Positions 19,240 through 29,781 of a stretch of 64,000 nt of DNA are shown one piece after another. Both the position numbers and the translations under genes were made by a program. The DNA lies in contig CAXXKJ010000002.1 of the NCBI GenBank assembly GCA_963675295.2, positions 1,184,001 through 1,248,000 of the forward strand. Direction: 5' to 3'. The notes under the pieces are model-generated. The model searched no databases. It was given only the letters and a program-made list of their open reading frames with translations, and had not been told where the DNA came from. Positions within the stretch are counted from its first letter, which is position 1. Every line of letters begins with the position of its first letter. The stretch comes from a bacterium (GTDB lineage Bacteria; Electryoneota; Electryoneia; Electryoneales; Electryoneaceae).

Positions 19240-20600
19240 CCCTTCGGAATATCCTCACCCTGATCGCGGTATTCGTTGAGCTTGTTGCGCAGGGTACGGA
19301 TCGAGATGCCGAGCTGATCGGCCGCCTTGGTACGGTTGAAGTTCAGCTCGTGCAGGGTGGTCATGATGTGGCGTTTTTCCAGTTCGGCGAGCGGAATCAT
19401 GCCGAACGAGCCGGTGTCAGCGGTCGGGGTGGTGGCGTCCAGCTGGACGTCGCTTAGCGTTAATTCCAAACCGCGCGCGAGCACAACCGCACGTTCGATG
19501 CGATTTTCCAGTTCACGCACATTCCCCGGCCACGGCTGCGTTTTGAGGTAGTCCATCGCGGAGTCTTCGATCTCCTGGATGTCCTTGCCGTAACGTGCGC
19601 CGTACCGCTTCAGGAAATGGTCGGCGAGGGAGGGGATGTCATCGCGTCGTTTCGCCAGCGGCGGAATCTCGAGCGGGACGACATTGAGCCGGAAGTAGAG
19701 GTCCTCGCGGAACCGCCCTTCCTTGACTTCCTCGTTGAGGTTGCGGTTCGTCGTCGCGACAACCCGCACGTCAATCTTGATCGTCTCGTTCGAACCAACC
19801 CGGTCGAATTCCCGTTCCTGCAGGACGCGCAACAGTTTCGCCTGCAACGTGATCGGCATCTCGGAGATTTCGTCGAGCAGGATCGTGCCGCCATGCGCGG
19901 CTTCGAACTTGCCCTTGCGGGTCTTGATCGCGCCGGTAAACGCGCCCTTTTCATGCCCGAACAGTTCGGACTCGATCAAATTTTCCGGCAGCGCGGCGCA
20001 ATTGAGTTTGATGAACGGATTCTTGTGCCGCTGGCTCGACCAGTGCAACGCCCGCGCGACCAGCTCCTTGCCGGTGCCGGAAGATCCGGTGACAAGCACA
20101 TCGACCGGCTGCGGGGCGATCAGCTCGAGTGTCTCGGTCAGTTTGCGCATCGGCGGGCTGGTGCCGATCAACGCGCCAATGCCTTGTTCGGATTCGACGA
20201 CGGCTCGCAGCTGCCGGTTTTCCAGCATCAACCGTCCACGCTGCAACGCGCGCGAGACGGTCAGCTTGAGCAGGTCGAGGTCAATCGGTTTGGTCAGGTA
20301 ATCGTAGGCGCCCTTCTTGATCGCTTCGACGGCGTTCTCGATGCTGCCGTAGGCGGTAAGAATGACGAAGGGAACATCCGGCTGCCGGCTCATGGCGTGG
20401 TTGAGCACCGCCATGCCATCCTTGCGCGGCATGTTCATGTCGGAAAAGATGAGGTCGAATTCGGTCTGGTTGATCAGTTTTTCAGCTTCGACACCATCCT
20501 CGGCGGTGTGGACTTCGTGTCCGAGACGCCGGATCGCTTCGGCGAGAAAATCCCGCACCAGTTCTTCGTCATCGACAACGAGGACCCGTGAACCCGCCAT
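19236..20600 (-). CDS. Sigma-54-dependent response regulator (NtrC family, FleR/FlgR-like)
   Basis: REC domain (VVDD, D, K), GSSGTGKE, ESELFGHEKGAFTGA, WPGNVRELEN, C-terminal ISIRTLRNKLNEY. Confidence 0.93.
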   Translation of the reverse strand: MAGSRVLVVDDEELVRDFLAEAIRRLGHEVHTAEDGVEAEKLINQTEFDLIFSDMNMPRKDGMAVLNHAMSRQPDVPFVILTAYGSIENAVEAIKKGAYDYLTKPIDLDLLKLTVSRALQRGRLMLENRQLRAVVESEQGIGALIGTSPPMRKLTETLELIAPQPVDVLVTGSSGTGKELVARALHWSSQRHKNPFIKLNCAALPENLIESELFGHEKGAFTGAIKTRKGKFEAAHGGTILLDEISEMPITLQAKLLRVLQEREFDRVGSNETIKIDVRVVATTNRNLNEEVKEGRFREDLYFRLNVVPLEIPPLAKRRDDIPSLADHFLKRYGARYGKDIQEIEDSAMDYLKTQPWPGNVRELENRIERAVVLARGLELTLSDVQLDATTPTADTGSFGMIPLAELEKRHIMTTLHELNFNRTKAADQLGISIRTLRNKLNEYRDQGEDIPKG

Positions 20601-20603
20601 AGA

Positions 20604-21884
20604 CTACCTCCGGATGGGCAATTCGAAATCAAACCTCGCGCCCTGCTTGGATGCAGAGCGGACCGTGATCACACCGTCGTGCGAATCGACGATCTTTTTC
20701 ACCATTGCGAGACCGAGGCCGGTACCCTTGGTACGGGTTGTGAAGAAGGGGTTGAAGATCTTGTCGAGGTTTTCTTCCGCGATGCCGATGCCGTCATCTT
20801 CGACGAACACGTTGACCCGGTTGCGGAGCAGATTCCACCGTAAGCCCAGCTTGACCGTTCCCTCTGTTTCAATCGCGGAGCAGGCGTTCTTGAGCAGATT
20901 CAGCACCACCTGCTTGATCAGGCTGCTATCGCAGTCGACCATCACTCGTTCCTTTGGCACCATCAGCTGCACGTCGATCTGGCGTTGTTCCGAGCTGATT
21001 TCCGAGTGGATCAGTTCGGCTTCATTGCGCAGCAGGTCGATCAGATCAACTTCGGAGTACGCTGGCGACAGCGGGCGGGTGTATTCGAGCAGACGGCTGG
21101 CAATACGTTCGATGTCACGCACGCCACCGACGATCTTTTCCACAGTCCGGCGGGCGGCGTGTTCTTCCTCGATGTCCTCGAGCAGGAACTGGGCGAAGCC
21201 CTGAACGCCGGCGAGCGGGTTGCGCAGCTCATGCGCGACCTGGGCCGACATCTCACCGAGCGTCGCGAGGTCGGAACGGCGCCGCATCTGTTCGTGCAGA
21301 TCCTTTACCGGGCTCAAGTCTTCCATCATCTCGAGCACGCCGATGCGTTTTCCGTCCTTGCCGTAGACCCAGTTGGTCGAGAAACGGACCGGGTTGGTTT
21401 CGCCTTCGACAGACTTGTACGACCGTTCACGCGGGTCGATTTCGGGACCGTTGACGAGGGTGAACAGGGCGGAATCGGCGACGTTGATGTCGCATGGGAA
21501 GATGTCGCCGTAGGGGCTGCCGACGGCGTCCGCAGCACGGATGCCGGTCAACCGTTGCGCCTCTTCGTTGACGAGATTGATCCGGCCATCAAGATCAAGC
21601 ACAATGATGCCGACAGGGATATGGGCGAGAATGCTGGAGAGGAATCCCTGGGTACGCGAAAGAAGGTGCTCCTGGCTTTCCAACCGTTCGCTCAGGTCGG
21701 CGAGCCGTTTTTCCAGGGCACGGTAACTCTCACTGATCGCGGAAGAGGCCTGGTTGAATTCTTCGAACAGCTTGACAAGTGCGGAGAGCTGCTCTTCGCT
21801 GATCAGTTCGCTATTCCTTGAGTATTTTTCGGCCAACTTTAGCACATCCCCTTCGATCGGCAACGTGGAAGTGTCCGATGTCAT
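20604..21884 (-). CDS. PAS-domain sensor histidine kinase (FleS/FlgS-like, soluble)
   Basis: PAS domain, H-box AHELRNPL, NLLKNA, DDGIG, FNPFFTT, GTGLGL. Confidence 0.92.
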   Translation of the reverse strand: MTSDTSTLPIEGDVLKLAEKYSRNSELISEEQLSALVKLFEEFNQASSAISESYRALEKRLADLSERLESQEHLLSRTQGFLSSILAHIPVGIIVLDLDGRINLVNEEAQRLTGIRAADAVGSPYGDIFPCDINVADSALFTLVNGPEIDPRERSYKSVEGETNPVRFSTNWVYGKDGKRIGVLEMMEDLSPVKDLHEQMRRRSDLATLGEMSAQVAHELRNPLAGVQGFAQFLLEDIEEEHAARRTVEKIVGGVRDIERIASRLLEYTRPLSPAYSEVDLIDLLRNEAELIHSEISSEQRQIDVQLMVPKERVMVDCDSSLIKQVVLNLLKNACSAIETEGTVKLGLRWNLLRNRVNVFVEDDGIGIAEENLDKIFNPFFTTRTKGTGLGLAMVKKIVDSHDGVITVRSASKQGARFDFELPIRR

Positions 21885-22372
21885 CTCCGCCCCATGGTTT
21901 CCATGCCCACGCAATATAGAGCCCGCCCGGCTCCCTGAAAAAATGCAATAACTGGAATAACTGAGATTTTTCTCCGAATCCACGAAATACTTAGCAGAAA
22001 TGACTCTCAGGACTCGGTTCGCAAAGAACTGCGCGGTGTTGACACAGTGAAAAGTTAAACCTCAGGATCTTGGATGCAAGGGGGGAGACAAAGGAGCCGA
22101 CTTTTGCAGGTTCCCAGCCGGTTTTCTCCGTGATCGGCTCCATCAGCGGGTTTCAGCTCTTTACTTCGCATTGGGCGAGGCATTCCGGTCAATGAAAACT
22201 CAGGGGTATGATATTTCAACCGGTTGAATCACCTCATATAAGTTCGCTAACCTTAGATAGCTTAAGGGTCAGGGCGTGTGTAACGCCTCGGTTGGGTGTG
22301 TTCCGCGCGTGCTTCTTGCACCGGGACCCTTGTGCGGTTGTATGATAGGCCAACACTTGCATTGCGAAGATC

Positions 22373-22999
22373 ATGACGATGACACACGAAACATTAACCA
22401 CAAAACTCGGCCTGTTGCTCGCCGAAACTCTTCCCGGAACGAAGGCTCAGCTCGCTCTCGCGCCGGAAGGACGGCGGATCGACGTCGACGACTCACGCTA
22501 CCGTCATGCCGCCGTGCTGATCGCATTGCATCAGCGAAACGGCGTCTGGGGCTTTCCGTTGATTGAACGCGTGGTGGACGAATATGTCCACAGCGGCCAG
22601 ATCGGTCTGCCCGGAGGACGGTTGGAGGCGGGCGAGACGCTGGACGCCTGCGCGTTGCGCGAAAGCGAAGAAGAGGTTGGTCTGCCGCCGGAGAAGGTGA
22701 GCGTGCTTGGTGAGCTGACGCCATTGCCGGTGCCGGTCAGCCATCATTTGATTCATCCGTTCGTCGGGATCACGGATGACGACCCCGTTTTAACGCCTGA
22801 TCCGCGTGAGGTCGAAGACATCTTGTTCATGCCGGTGGCGGAGCTGCTGGCGGACGATGCCCCTAAGGAAGGCGATGTGATGGCGGGACGGACTCGCATT
22901 CGACGTGTGCCGCTCTTCGAACTCGGCGAACACCGCATCTGGGGTGCGACCGCGATGATCCTTGCCGAATTGCGTGAGCTGTTGAAGCAGGTGTTCTGA
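22373..22999 (+). CDS. Nudix hydrolase, CoA pyrophosphatase type
   Basis: HSGQIGLPGG...ALRESEEEVGL Nudix box; IWGATAMIL. Confidence 0.9.
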   Translation: MTMTHETLTTKLGLLLAETLPGTKAQLALAPEGRRIDVDDSRYRHAAVLIALHQRNGVWGFPLIERVVDEYVHSGQIGLPGGRLEAGETLDACALRESEEEVGLPPEKVSVLGELTPLPVPVSHHLIHPFVGITDDDPVLTPDPREVEDILFMPVAELLADDAPKEGDVMAGRTRIRRVPLFELGEHRIWGATAMILAELRELLKQVF

Positions 23000-23045
23000 C
23001 GTAATGACACCGGTGTTCAGACTAAATAACATCGTTGATTTGTTA

Positions 23046-23113
23046 CATGCCCCAGACATTTATGTCTGGGAATAGCCCACTGTTGATGTGCCCGTGTCTG
23101 CTTGCAGACGCGG
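23046..23113 (+). repeat. REP-like mosaic: family A (23046-23070) plus family F (23087-23113)
   Basis: CATGCCCCAGACATTTATGTCTGGG and TGTGCCCGTGTCTGCTTGCAGACGCGG. Confidence 0.8.
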
Positions 23114-23134
23114 ACGCTACCGACTTTCAACTTC

Positions 23135-23169
23135 CATCTCACATCTCACATCTCACATCTCATATCTCA
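23135..23169 (+). repeat. Heptamer tandem repeat (CATCTCA x4 plus TATCTCA)
   Basis: Direct reading of the sequence. Confidence 0.8.
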
Positions 23170-23187
23170 TATATATTCTTTCAAGCC

Positions 23188-24465
23188 TCACACCCCCAGC
23201 AACCGCATCACTTCCTGGCCGGCGTCCGCGATGTCTTTCTCGCCATCATTCCACTCCACGACCGACCCCTGATTCGCGAAGAAATACGCGTCGTCGAACC
23301 TGTGTGTCCCAACCAGCACGGAGGGCGTCTCAAACACACTCGCCGCGCCGAAGTCAGCCTTGATGTCGTAACCCTCGGTGGGCAGCAGGATCAGATCGGC
23401 GGCGCGGGCGACATGCGGCCCGGTGTACAACTCCTCCCGCGTGTCGACACTGGCGAACGGATGCTCGCCGGTCAGTGGATCGCGTACCTCGCGCAACGTT
23501 GCCGCCAACGAATCCCGCAACCGTTCTCGGTCCGGACCTGATGCGAGGCGCAGGAACACGCGTCCCGGGGCGAGTGCGTACGTAGCGGAACTGTGGTGAA
23601 CGGTTTCGAGCGACGGCTCTCCGCCGGTATAGGTCAGCAGTCCGGCCTTTTCCAGCAGAGCGTTGACGAACACGATCCGCCGGGCGCGGGTGAAGCCGTG
23701 GTCGGAGAGGGTGACAAACGCCGCTCCGCGTTGCCGTGCGAGCTCAGCGAATTCCGCGACCGCGGCTTCGCATTTGTCGAGCAGCGCGTTGAACCGTTCG
23801 GCGTACAGTGGTTCATCCCAGAAGAAGTGGAACAGCCGGTCGGTTTCCATGATGTGCAGGTGGAAGAAATCCCACGGCGTCTCGAGGGCAAAGCGTCGCG
23901 CGGCACGCAGGCGGGCGTCGAGGGCGGCGTCGAGCGCGTCGAGGAAACGGTCCCGGTTCTCGTACGCCAGCCCCGGTTCGACATCGACGACGTACCCATC
24001 CGTGCGCAGGTCGGCTTCCAATTCCGGCGGCTGCACATTGCCCGGCAAATCAATCCCGAGGAAGCCGCCGATGGTGACGCCTCGCAACGGCGCCGGCGGT
24101 TCGGTCATCGGCACGTTGATCGCGACCACGGTCCCGCCGGCGTCGTGGACGCGTTGCAGAATGGTCGGCACGCGCAAGCTCGCCCCATTCGGGTAGATCA
24201 ACCGGGGACGGGGCGAGAGTTCCGGCTCGACGAAACCAAACACGCCGTGTTCGCCGGGGTTTGTGCCGGTCAGATAGGACGCCCACGCCACACTCGACAT
24301 CTCCGGCCGGCTGGAACGGATGCGGCGCATGCTTCCGTGCTCGAGCAGGCGTGGCCAGATCGATCCGGACTGCGTTGCGCGTTGTTGGATCAGGCTGAAC
24401 GGTGTGCCGTCGAGACTGACGACCATCACCGGCCGCAAGGTCTGGTTCGGCAGGATGAGGTTCAT
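23188..24465 (-). CDS. Alkaline phosphatase superfamily / type I phosphodiesterase-like protein
   Basis: VVSLDG, SSVAWASYLTGTNPGEHGVFGF, ETDRLFH, SDHGF, GTH. Confidence 0.85.
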   Translation of the reverse strand: MNLILPNQTLRPVMVVSLDGTPFSLIQQRATQSGSIWPRLLEHGSMRRIRSSRPEMSSVAWASYLTGTNPGEHGVFGFVEPELSPRPRLIYPNGASLRVPTILQRVHDAGGTVVAINVPMTEPPAPLRGVTIGGFLGIDLPGNVQPPELEADLRTDGYVVDVEPGLAYENRDRFLDALDAALDARLRAARRFALETPWDFFHLHIMETDRLFHFFWDEPLYAERFNALLDKCEAAVAEFAELARQRGAAFVTLSDHGFTRARRIVFVNALLEKAGLLTYTGGEPSLETVHHSSATYALAPGRVFLRLASGPDRERLRDSLAATLREVRDPLTGEHPFASVDTREELYTGPHVARAADLILLPTEGYDIKADFGAASVFETPSVLVGTHRFDDAYFFANQGSVVEWNDGEKDIADAGQEVMRLLGV

Positions 24466-24480
24466 GACGCAGGATTCGGC

Positions 24481-25323
24481 TTAACGGAACAGATCGCGTG
24501 GACGGGTGAACTTGTGCTTGTCGATGATCGCACGCAGGGCGTCGTAGGCGTGCGCGTTGCCGGTGATTGTCCACCCGGTTTCGCACACCGGCTTGCCCCA
24601 CCAGTCGCTGATTTTTCCGCCCGCTTCCGCGATGATCAACGCCCCGGCGGCGACATCCCACGGCTTCAGCCCCATCTCGAAATAGGCGTCGAAGGTACCG
24701 TCCGCGACCCAGCAGAGGTCGGCGGCCGCGGACCCGATGCGACGGAAATCGGACACCAGCGGATATATTTCGGTGAACAGCGCGAGGTAGTCCTCAAGCT
24801 TCTGCCGGCGGCGGAAGGGGAAGGCAGTGGCGACGATACCGTGTTCCAACGGCCGGTCGGCGCTGACATGGATCGGGATTCCGTTCTTGCGCGCGCCACC
24901 ACCCCGCCACGCGTCGTAGATAACGTTCAACGCGGGCTCAGCGACGACGCCGAGGGTCAGCGGGCCGAAGAACTCCGGGTTCTCGCGACGATCCTCAAGC
25001 GCGACCGAGATCGCCCAGGTTGGCAGGCCGGCGAGGTAGTTCGCGGTGCCATCAATTGGGTCGACAATCCAGCGCCAGTCGCCGCCACGCTCTTCTGGGC
25101 TTTCCTCTTCGCCCATGAAAGTGCTGCCCGGCAGCATCGCGGTCAGCCCGGCGCGAAGACGGTCTTCGGACTCACGGTCAACGCGGGAAACGTAGTCCCC
25201 CTGGCCTTTGATCTCGATCTCTGACGCTTGCACGCGTTCACGTTCGCCGCGCACGTAATCCCCGACCTCTTGCACGAGCTTGATCACCCGCGCGGTCAGG
25301 GTTTGCAGGTCACTGGGTGTCAT
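24481..25323 (-). CDS. suhB: Inositol monophosphatase family protein
   Basis: GEE, WIVDPIDGTANY, RRIGSAAADL, WDVAAG. Confidence 0.9.
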   Translation of the reverse strand: MTPSDLQTLTARVIKLVQEVGDYVRGERERVQASEIEIKGQGDYVSRVDRESEDRLRAGLTAMLPGSTFMGEEESPEERGGDWRWIVDPIDGTANYLAGLPTWAISVALEDRRENPEFFGPLTLGVVAEPALNVIYDAWRGGGARKNGIPIHVSADRPLEHGIVATAFPFRRRQKLEDYLALFTEIYPLVSDFRRIGSAAADLCWVADGTFDAYFEMGLKPWDVAAGALIIAEAGGKISDWWGKPVCETGWTITGNAHAYDALRAIIDKHKFTRPRDLFR

Positions 25324-25345
25324 CGGTTTGGGTATCGTAAAAGGG

Positions 25346-26416
25346 TTAGCGTTTGCGTTTGGCCAGCCGTACGATCAGTCCGGCCAGCGCGCCGATCAAC
25401 AGTCCGGCCAGCGCGATAGGCAGCAGCGAGAAGGTATACCCGGCCGCGACGATCTGAAGGTCCTGGCTTGCCACGCGGTCGCGCTCGACGTTCCATACCA
25501 GCGTGTCACCGCTGGTTTCGTCCGGTTCGGGAACGATGCGGCGGTACTGCGCGTCCGGCATCACGAGCGCCAGTTGCACGGTATCGTCCTTGAAGTCGAC
25601 CCAGCGCTTGTATTCTTCGTCAAGCGAATCGGCGGCGGCGGCCATTTTTTCGACCGGCAGCCCGGTCGCTTCAGACGCGGCGGTGATCATCGACTCGCGT
25701 AACTCCGGATACCATTCGAGGCTGACATCCTGCGGATCGACCGGCTCCATTGCATCGCCCTGCAGGCTCATCACGTACGCCCGCACCACCGGCGCAAAGC
25801 GGGAGACCGCATCGCGCACCACCGCACTGTCAGCATCCGCGCCAAGCTCGCTGGTGACCACACGTTCCATCTGCCGCAGGTAGCGGTCGACTGTCCACAG
25901 TTGCCCGGCGCGAGCCTTGATGCGCTGTAACTCCTGATCGCCCTCAGGTGTCAACGTCGTATCCAGGCCACTCTCCTCGAGCGCGAGGATGTCTGCGGGG
26001 ATATGAGAGTCGGGATCTCCGTACCGCTCAGGTGCGTTCCAACTTGGAAATGTGACCGTGACGGTTGTAACGTCATAGAACCAGCCGTCGTCTTGCCGCA
26101 CATCCACCAGACCGGTTTCTCCCATCGGAGAGATCGGATGTGGCAGATTCACGACAGTCCGGGCTTGATACAGAAGACTGCCGACGAGATTCCCGCTGCT
26201 GTCTTCCCCGACTTTTTGCTCCAGCTGAGCCCAGCCGTTTCCGGGCAGCGGAATGCGATTGTCGAAGACGTCCAGAGAGTCACCTTCAATCTGCCAGGTG
26301 ATCTCAGGAGTCTCTCCGGTGAGTGTGATCAACAGGGTGTGCGTAACGCAGCCCCCGAGCAGCAGGGTGAGCACGGAGAGCAGCAGGAGCAGGGCACGGC
26401 GGCGTAAAGTGTTCAT
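25346..26416 (-). CDS. Hypothetical lipoprotein with C-terminal membrane anchor
   Basis: Basic N-region, hydrophobic core, LGGC lipobox; C-terminal TM helix followed by KRKR. Confidence 0.65.
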   Translation of the reverse strand: MNTLRRRALLLLLSVLTLLLGGCVTHTLLITLTGETPEITWQIEGDSLDVFDNRIPLPGNGWAQLEQKVGEDSSGNLVGSLLYQARTVVNLPHPISPMGETGLVDVRQDDGWFYDVTTVTVTFPSWNAPERYGDPDSHIPADILALEESGLDTTLTPEGDQELQRIKARAGQLWTVDRYLRQMERVVTSELGADADSAVVRDAVSRFAPVVRAYVMSLQGDAMEPVDPQDVSLEWYPELRESMITAASEATGLPVEKMAAAADSLDEEYKRWVDFKDDTVQLALVMPDAQYRRIVPEPDETSGDTLVWNVERDRVASQDLQIVAAGYTFSLLPIALAGLLIGALAGLIVRLAKRKR

Positions 26417-26545
26417 CCGGGCAAAGTACGGCGTGGGAAGCAGCGGAACAACGAGCCCGGAAAGAAGTTTCGATGAAGGCTTGCGTATTCTCCTAAATTC
26501 TGTTAGTTTTGAGCGTCTAAATGTAAGTACTGAGGAGTTTCCTCG

Positions 26546-28882
26546 ATGAGTGACATAGCGCGGACGGTTCACGTTCGATTTGCGTACCTGCCGATCTTGA
26601 CGGTGTTTATCGTGCTCGCGGTGGCCGGATGTTCCACTCTAGGCCAGTGGAGCGGTGCCAGCGGGGATCAGATGACGGCGGACGATTCGTTGCGTCAGGT
26701 AGTCTATGCGGATATGACGGCGGAAGAAGTCCTCGAGCAGACCCCACGCTGGATGCAATCAGCAGAGCATTCTCTTGACCGTGGCGATTCCTCGGCGGCT
26801 GAAGAGCAGATGATGAACGCGATCCTCGCGCTGCAGGAAATCCTGCTCGATGTGCCGGAGCGCGCGCGTCCGGTGCTGGTCGATTCGCTCGCTTCCTGGT
26901 CAACCCTGTATGTTGACCGTTTCGGCGCGATCAGCGGCGACCTCGTCGCGACACCCGAGGGGTTGAGTTCGCTGGTCACCACGGAGGATGCGCTCGGCGA
27001 TCCGGACAGCCTGATCCAGGAACTGACCCTCGACACCTTTGAAGTCGTTCTCGATACGACCATCCACCACGAGAACCAGCTCCCCGGGATTCCACACTAT
27101 GACAACCGCAAGGTTGAGAATGTGATCACCTACTTCACCGAGAAGCAGCGTGGCCGGGAAGCGATGGAAGTATGGTTGCAGCGCGCGGAGGAGATGATTC
27201 CGCGCATGCTACCGATTCTGCGCGAACATGGCGTCCCGGAGGATCTCGTTTACCTCGCGATGATCGAGTCGGGCTTCCGTCATGACGCGCACAGTTATGC
27301 CGCAGCCGTCGGCCCGTGGCAATTCATTTCCTCGACGGGCCGTATCTTCGACCTCGAGATCGACTGGTGGTATGATGAACGCCGCGACCCGGAACTGGCG
27401 ACACACGCCGCCAGCCGATACCTGCGGCAGCTGTATGAACACCTCGGCGACTGGTACCTCGCTCTGGCCGCTTACAACTGCGGTGAGGGGCGGGTGAACC
27501 GTGAGATTCGCCGCTCGAACAGCCGGGATTTCTGGGATCTGAACCGTTTGCCGCGTCAGACGCGGAACTACGTCCCGACCTTCCTCGCTGCGCGTCAAAT
27601 CGCGAAGAACCCGGAGAAATACGGTTTCACGAGCCCGACCTTCCGCGAGATGCCCCCGCGGGACACAGTGTACGTCAGCCAGGCGGTGGACATGGATGCG
27701 TTGGCGGACGCGCTCGGCATCAGTCGCTCCGAGTTCAAGAACATGAACCCGGCGATCCGCCGCTGGTGCACGCCGCCGGATCGTAAGAACATCGCGCTGT
27801 ACCTGCCGGAAGGTCACGCGGACGGGTTCGACGAGGCGCTGGCGACGGTACCGCCATCCAAGAAGACGTCGTGGGTCCGGCACACCGTGCGTTCCGGCGA
27901 GGCATTGTCGACCATCGCACGGCGGTATGGTACCTCGATGCGCGCGATCATGGATGTCGCCGAGAACAAGCTGCGTAATCCGAACCGCATTCGCGCGGGC
28001 CAGACGCTGATGATTCCGGTCGGACCGGAGAGTGCGCAGGGCTTTACCGGCCGTGCGGACTACGGTGGCGACGACGAGTCGCGGGTGTATGTCGTCCGGC
28101 GTGGGGACACGTTGTCGCAGATCGCCGAACGCCAGGGCGTGGGTTTGTCCCGCCTGCTGGCATGGAACGGGCTCGGCAAGTACAGCACCATCCGTCCCGG
28201 CCAGAAGCTGGTGATTTACGGCGGCACGAAACCGGCCGCGAGCAAGGTTACCGCGACCGCGGATCGTACTGATCCGACCGGTCGTCCGATTTACACCGTT
28301 CGCAGCGGCGACACGTTGACCGAGATCGCCGATCGTCACGGCGTTGGGCTCAGCAAGGTGCTGGCTTGGAACGGACTGAGCACGCGCAGCGTGATTCATC
28401 CTGGCCAGAACCTGATCGTCGGCGAGGCGAACGCCACGGTTGCTTCGTCCTCCGGATCATCGGGTTCAGCGCGGGCGGTTCAGCCTGCACCGGAGAGCGG
28501 AGAACAGGCAGGAACCGCCAGCGGCGGCACGCGTGAGTACAGGGTACGCTCCGGTGATACGCTGTGGGATATCGCGATGGCGAGCGGGATTACCGTCTCG
28601 CAGCTTCGTTCGCTGAACGGGCTCAATAGCCGCAGTGTGATTCGTCCCGGCCAGGTGTTGAAGGTTCCGGAAGCGCAGGCGTTGGCGTCGACAACGGCGA
28701 GCGCGGACGAAAGCGAAACCGTCTACCTCGTGCGTAAGGGCGACACGCTTTGGGAGATCGCGAAGCAGTTTGACGTCTCGGTAAATGACTTGAAGTCGTG
28801 GAACAACATCCGTGATGCCCGCGGGATCAAGCCGGGCGAAAAGCTGGTCATCCGACGTACTGCTGGAGGACGGAACGGATGA
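26546..28882 (+). CDS. mltD: MltD-like lytic transglycosylase lipoprotein with multiple LysM domains
   Basis: VAGC lipobox, LAMIESG, GPWQF, ALAAYNCGEG, TRNYVP; five V-R-x-G-[DE]-[TA]-L LysM repeats. Confidence 0.9.
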   Translation: MSDIARTVHVRFAYLPILTVFIVLAVAGCSTLGQWSGASGDQMTADDSLRQVVYADMTAEEVLEQTPRWMQSAEHSLDRGDSSAAEEQMMNAILALQEILLDVPERARPVLVDSLASWSTLYVDRFGAISGDLVATPEGLSSLVTTEDALGDPDSLIQELTLDTFEVVLDTTIHHENQLPGIPHYDNRKVENVITYFTEKQRGREAMEVWLQRAEEMIPRMLPILREHGVPEDLVYLAMIESGFRHDAHSYAAAVGPWQFISSTGRIFDLEIDWWYDERRDPELATHAASRYLRQLYEHLGDWYLALAAYNCGEGRVNREIRRSNSRDFWDLNRLPRQTRNYVPTFLAARQIAKNPEKYGFTSPTFREMPPRDTVYVSQAVDMDALADALGISRSEFKNMNPAIRRWCTPPDRKNIALYLPEGHADGFDEALATVPPSKKTSWVRHTVRSGEALSTIARRYGTSMRAIMDVAENKLRNPNRIRAGQTLMIPVGPESAQGFTGRADYGGDDESRVYVVRRGDTLSQIAERQGVGLSRLLAWNGLGKYSTIRPGQKLVIYGGTKPAASKVTATADRTDPTGRPIYTVRSGDTLTEIADRHGVGLSKVLAWNGLSTRSVIHPGQNLIVGEANATVASSSGSSGSARAVQPAPESGEQAGTASGGTREYRVRSGDTLWDIAMASGITVSQLRSLNGLNSRSVIRPGQVLKVPEAQALASTTASADESETVYLVRKGDTLWEIAKQFDVSVNDLKSWNNIRDARGIKPGEKLVIRRTAGGRNG

Positions 28883-29781
28883 GTTCACGCCGTCGTTCTG
28901 ACCTGATTGTCCTGATCGTCATCCTCGGCAGTGTCGTGGCACTTGTGCTGGTGCTGGCCGGCAGCTGGGGTCCGTTTCACAGTGTTGAGGAAACGGTTGG
29001 CTTCGGCGAGCGTGTCGGCCTGGTCGATGTAGTCGGTCCGATTTACGACGCGCGCAATTGGGTCAACGAGATCGACGACTTCCGCGAGAACGACCGCATC
29101 AAGGCGATCGTGATCCGGTTTGACAGCCCCGGCGGAGCCGTTGCCGCGTCTCAGGAATTGTATGAAGCGGTGAAGCGGGCACGTGATGAAAAGCCCGTGA
29201 TCGCGTCAATGGGAAACGTGGCAGCCAGCGGGGCGTATTATGCGTCGCTCGGTGCAGACAGCATTGTTGCCAACCCGGGCACCACGACGGGCTCCATTGG
29301 AGTGATCATGGAGTTGCTGCTTGTGGAGGGCTTGTTCGAGAAAGTTGGCTTGCAAACCGAAGTTGTGAAGTCCGGCGAGTATAAGGATGCCGGCAATCCC
29401 TCCCGTCAGTTGACCGAGGCTGAACGTCGGTATTTCCAAGGGTATATCGACGACGCGTTCCGTGAGTTTGTCGACGTTGTCATCGACGAGCGCGGACTGG
29501 AACGGGCCGCAGTCGAAAGTGTCGCTGATGGCCGTGTGTTCACGGGTACGCAGGCAGTGGAGCATGGGCTTGTGGACATTCTTGGAGATCAGTACCTTGC
29601 CGTTCGCTTAGCCGCGCAAATGGCTGGAATTGAAGGAGAACCGATCCTTGTCCGGCCATACCGGCGAAGTGAGTTGGATTGGGTTGATCTCCTTTTGGAT
29701 AACATGTTGGGGCGTGCCACCGAGCGCGTCCAGGGTCATAGTTCGTTCAAGTATTTGTGGAAAGCGGAGTCTACACGATGA
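28879..29781 (+). CDS. sppA: Signal peptide peptidase SppA, short (36K) type
   Basis: N-terminal TM, DSPGG, AASGAYY, TGSIGV, KSGEYKD. Confidence 0.9.
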   Translation: MSSRRRSDLIVLIVILGSVVALVLVLAGSWGPFHSVEETVGFGERVGLVDVVGPIYDARNWVNEIDDFRENDRIKAIVIRFDSPGGAVAASQELYEAVKRARDEKPVIASMGNVAASGAYYASLGADSIVANPGTTTGSIGVIMELLLVEGLFEKVGLQTEVVKSGEYKDAGNPSRQLTEAERRYFQGYIDDAFREFVDVVIDERGLERAAVESVADGRVFTGTQAVEHGLVDILGDQYLAVRLAAQMAGIEGEPILVRPYRRSELDWVDLLLDNMLGRATERVQGHSSFKYLWKAESTR

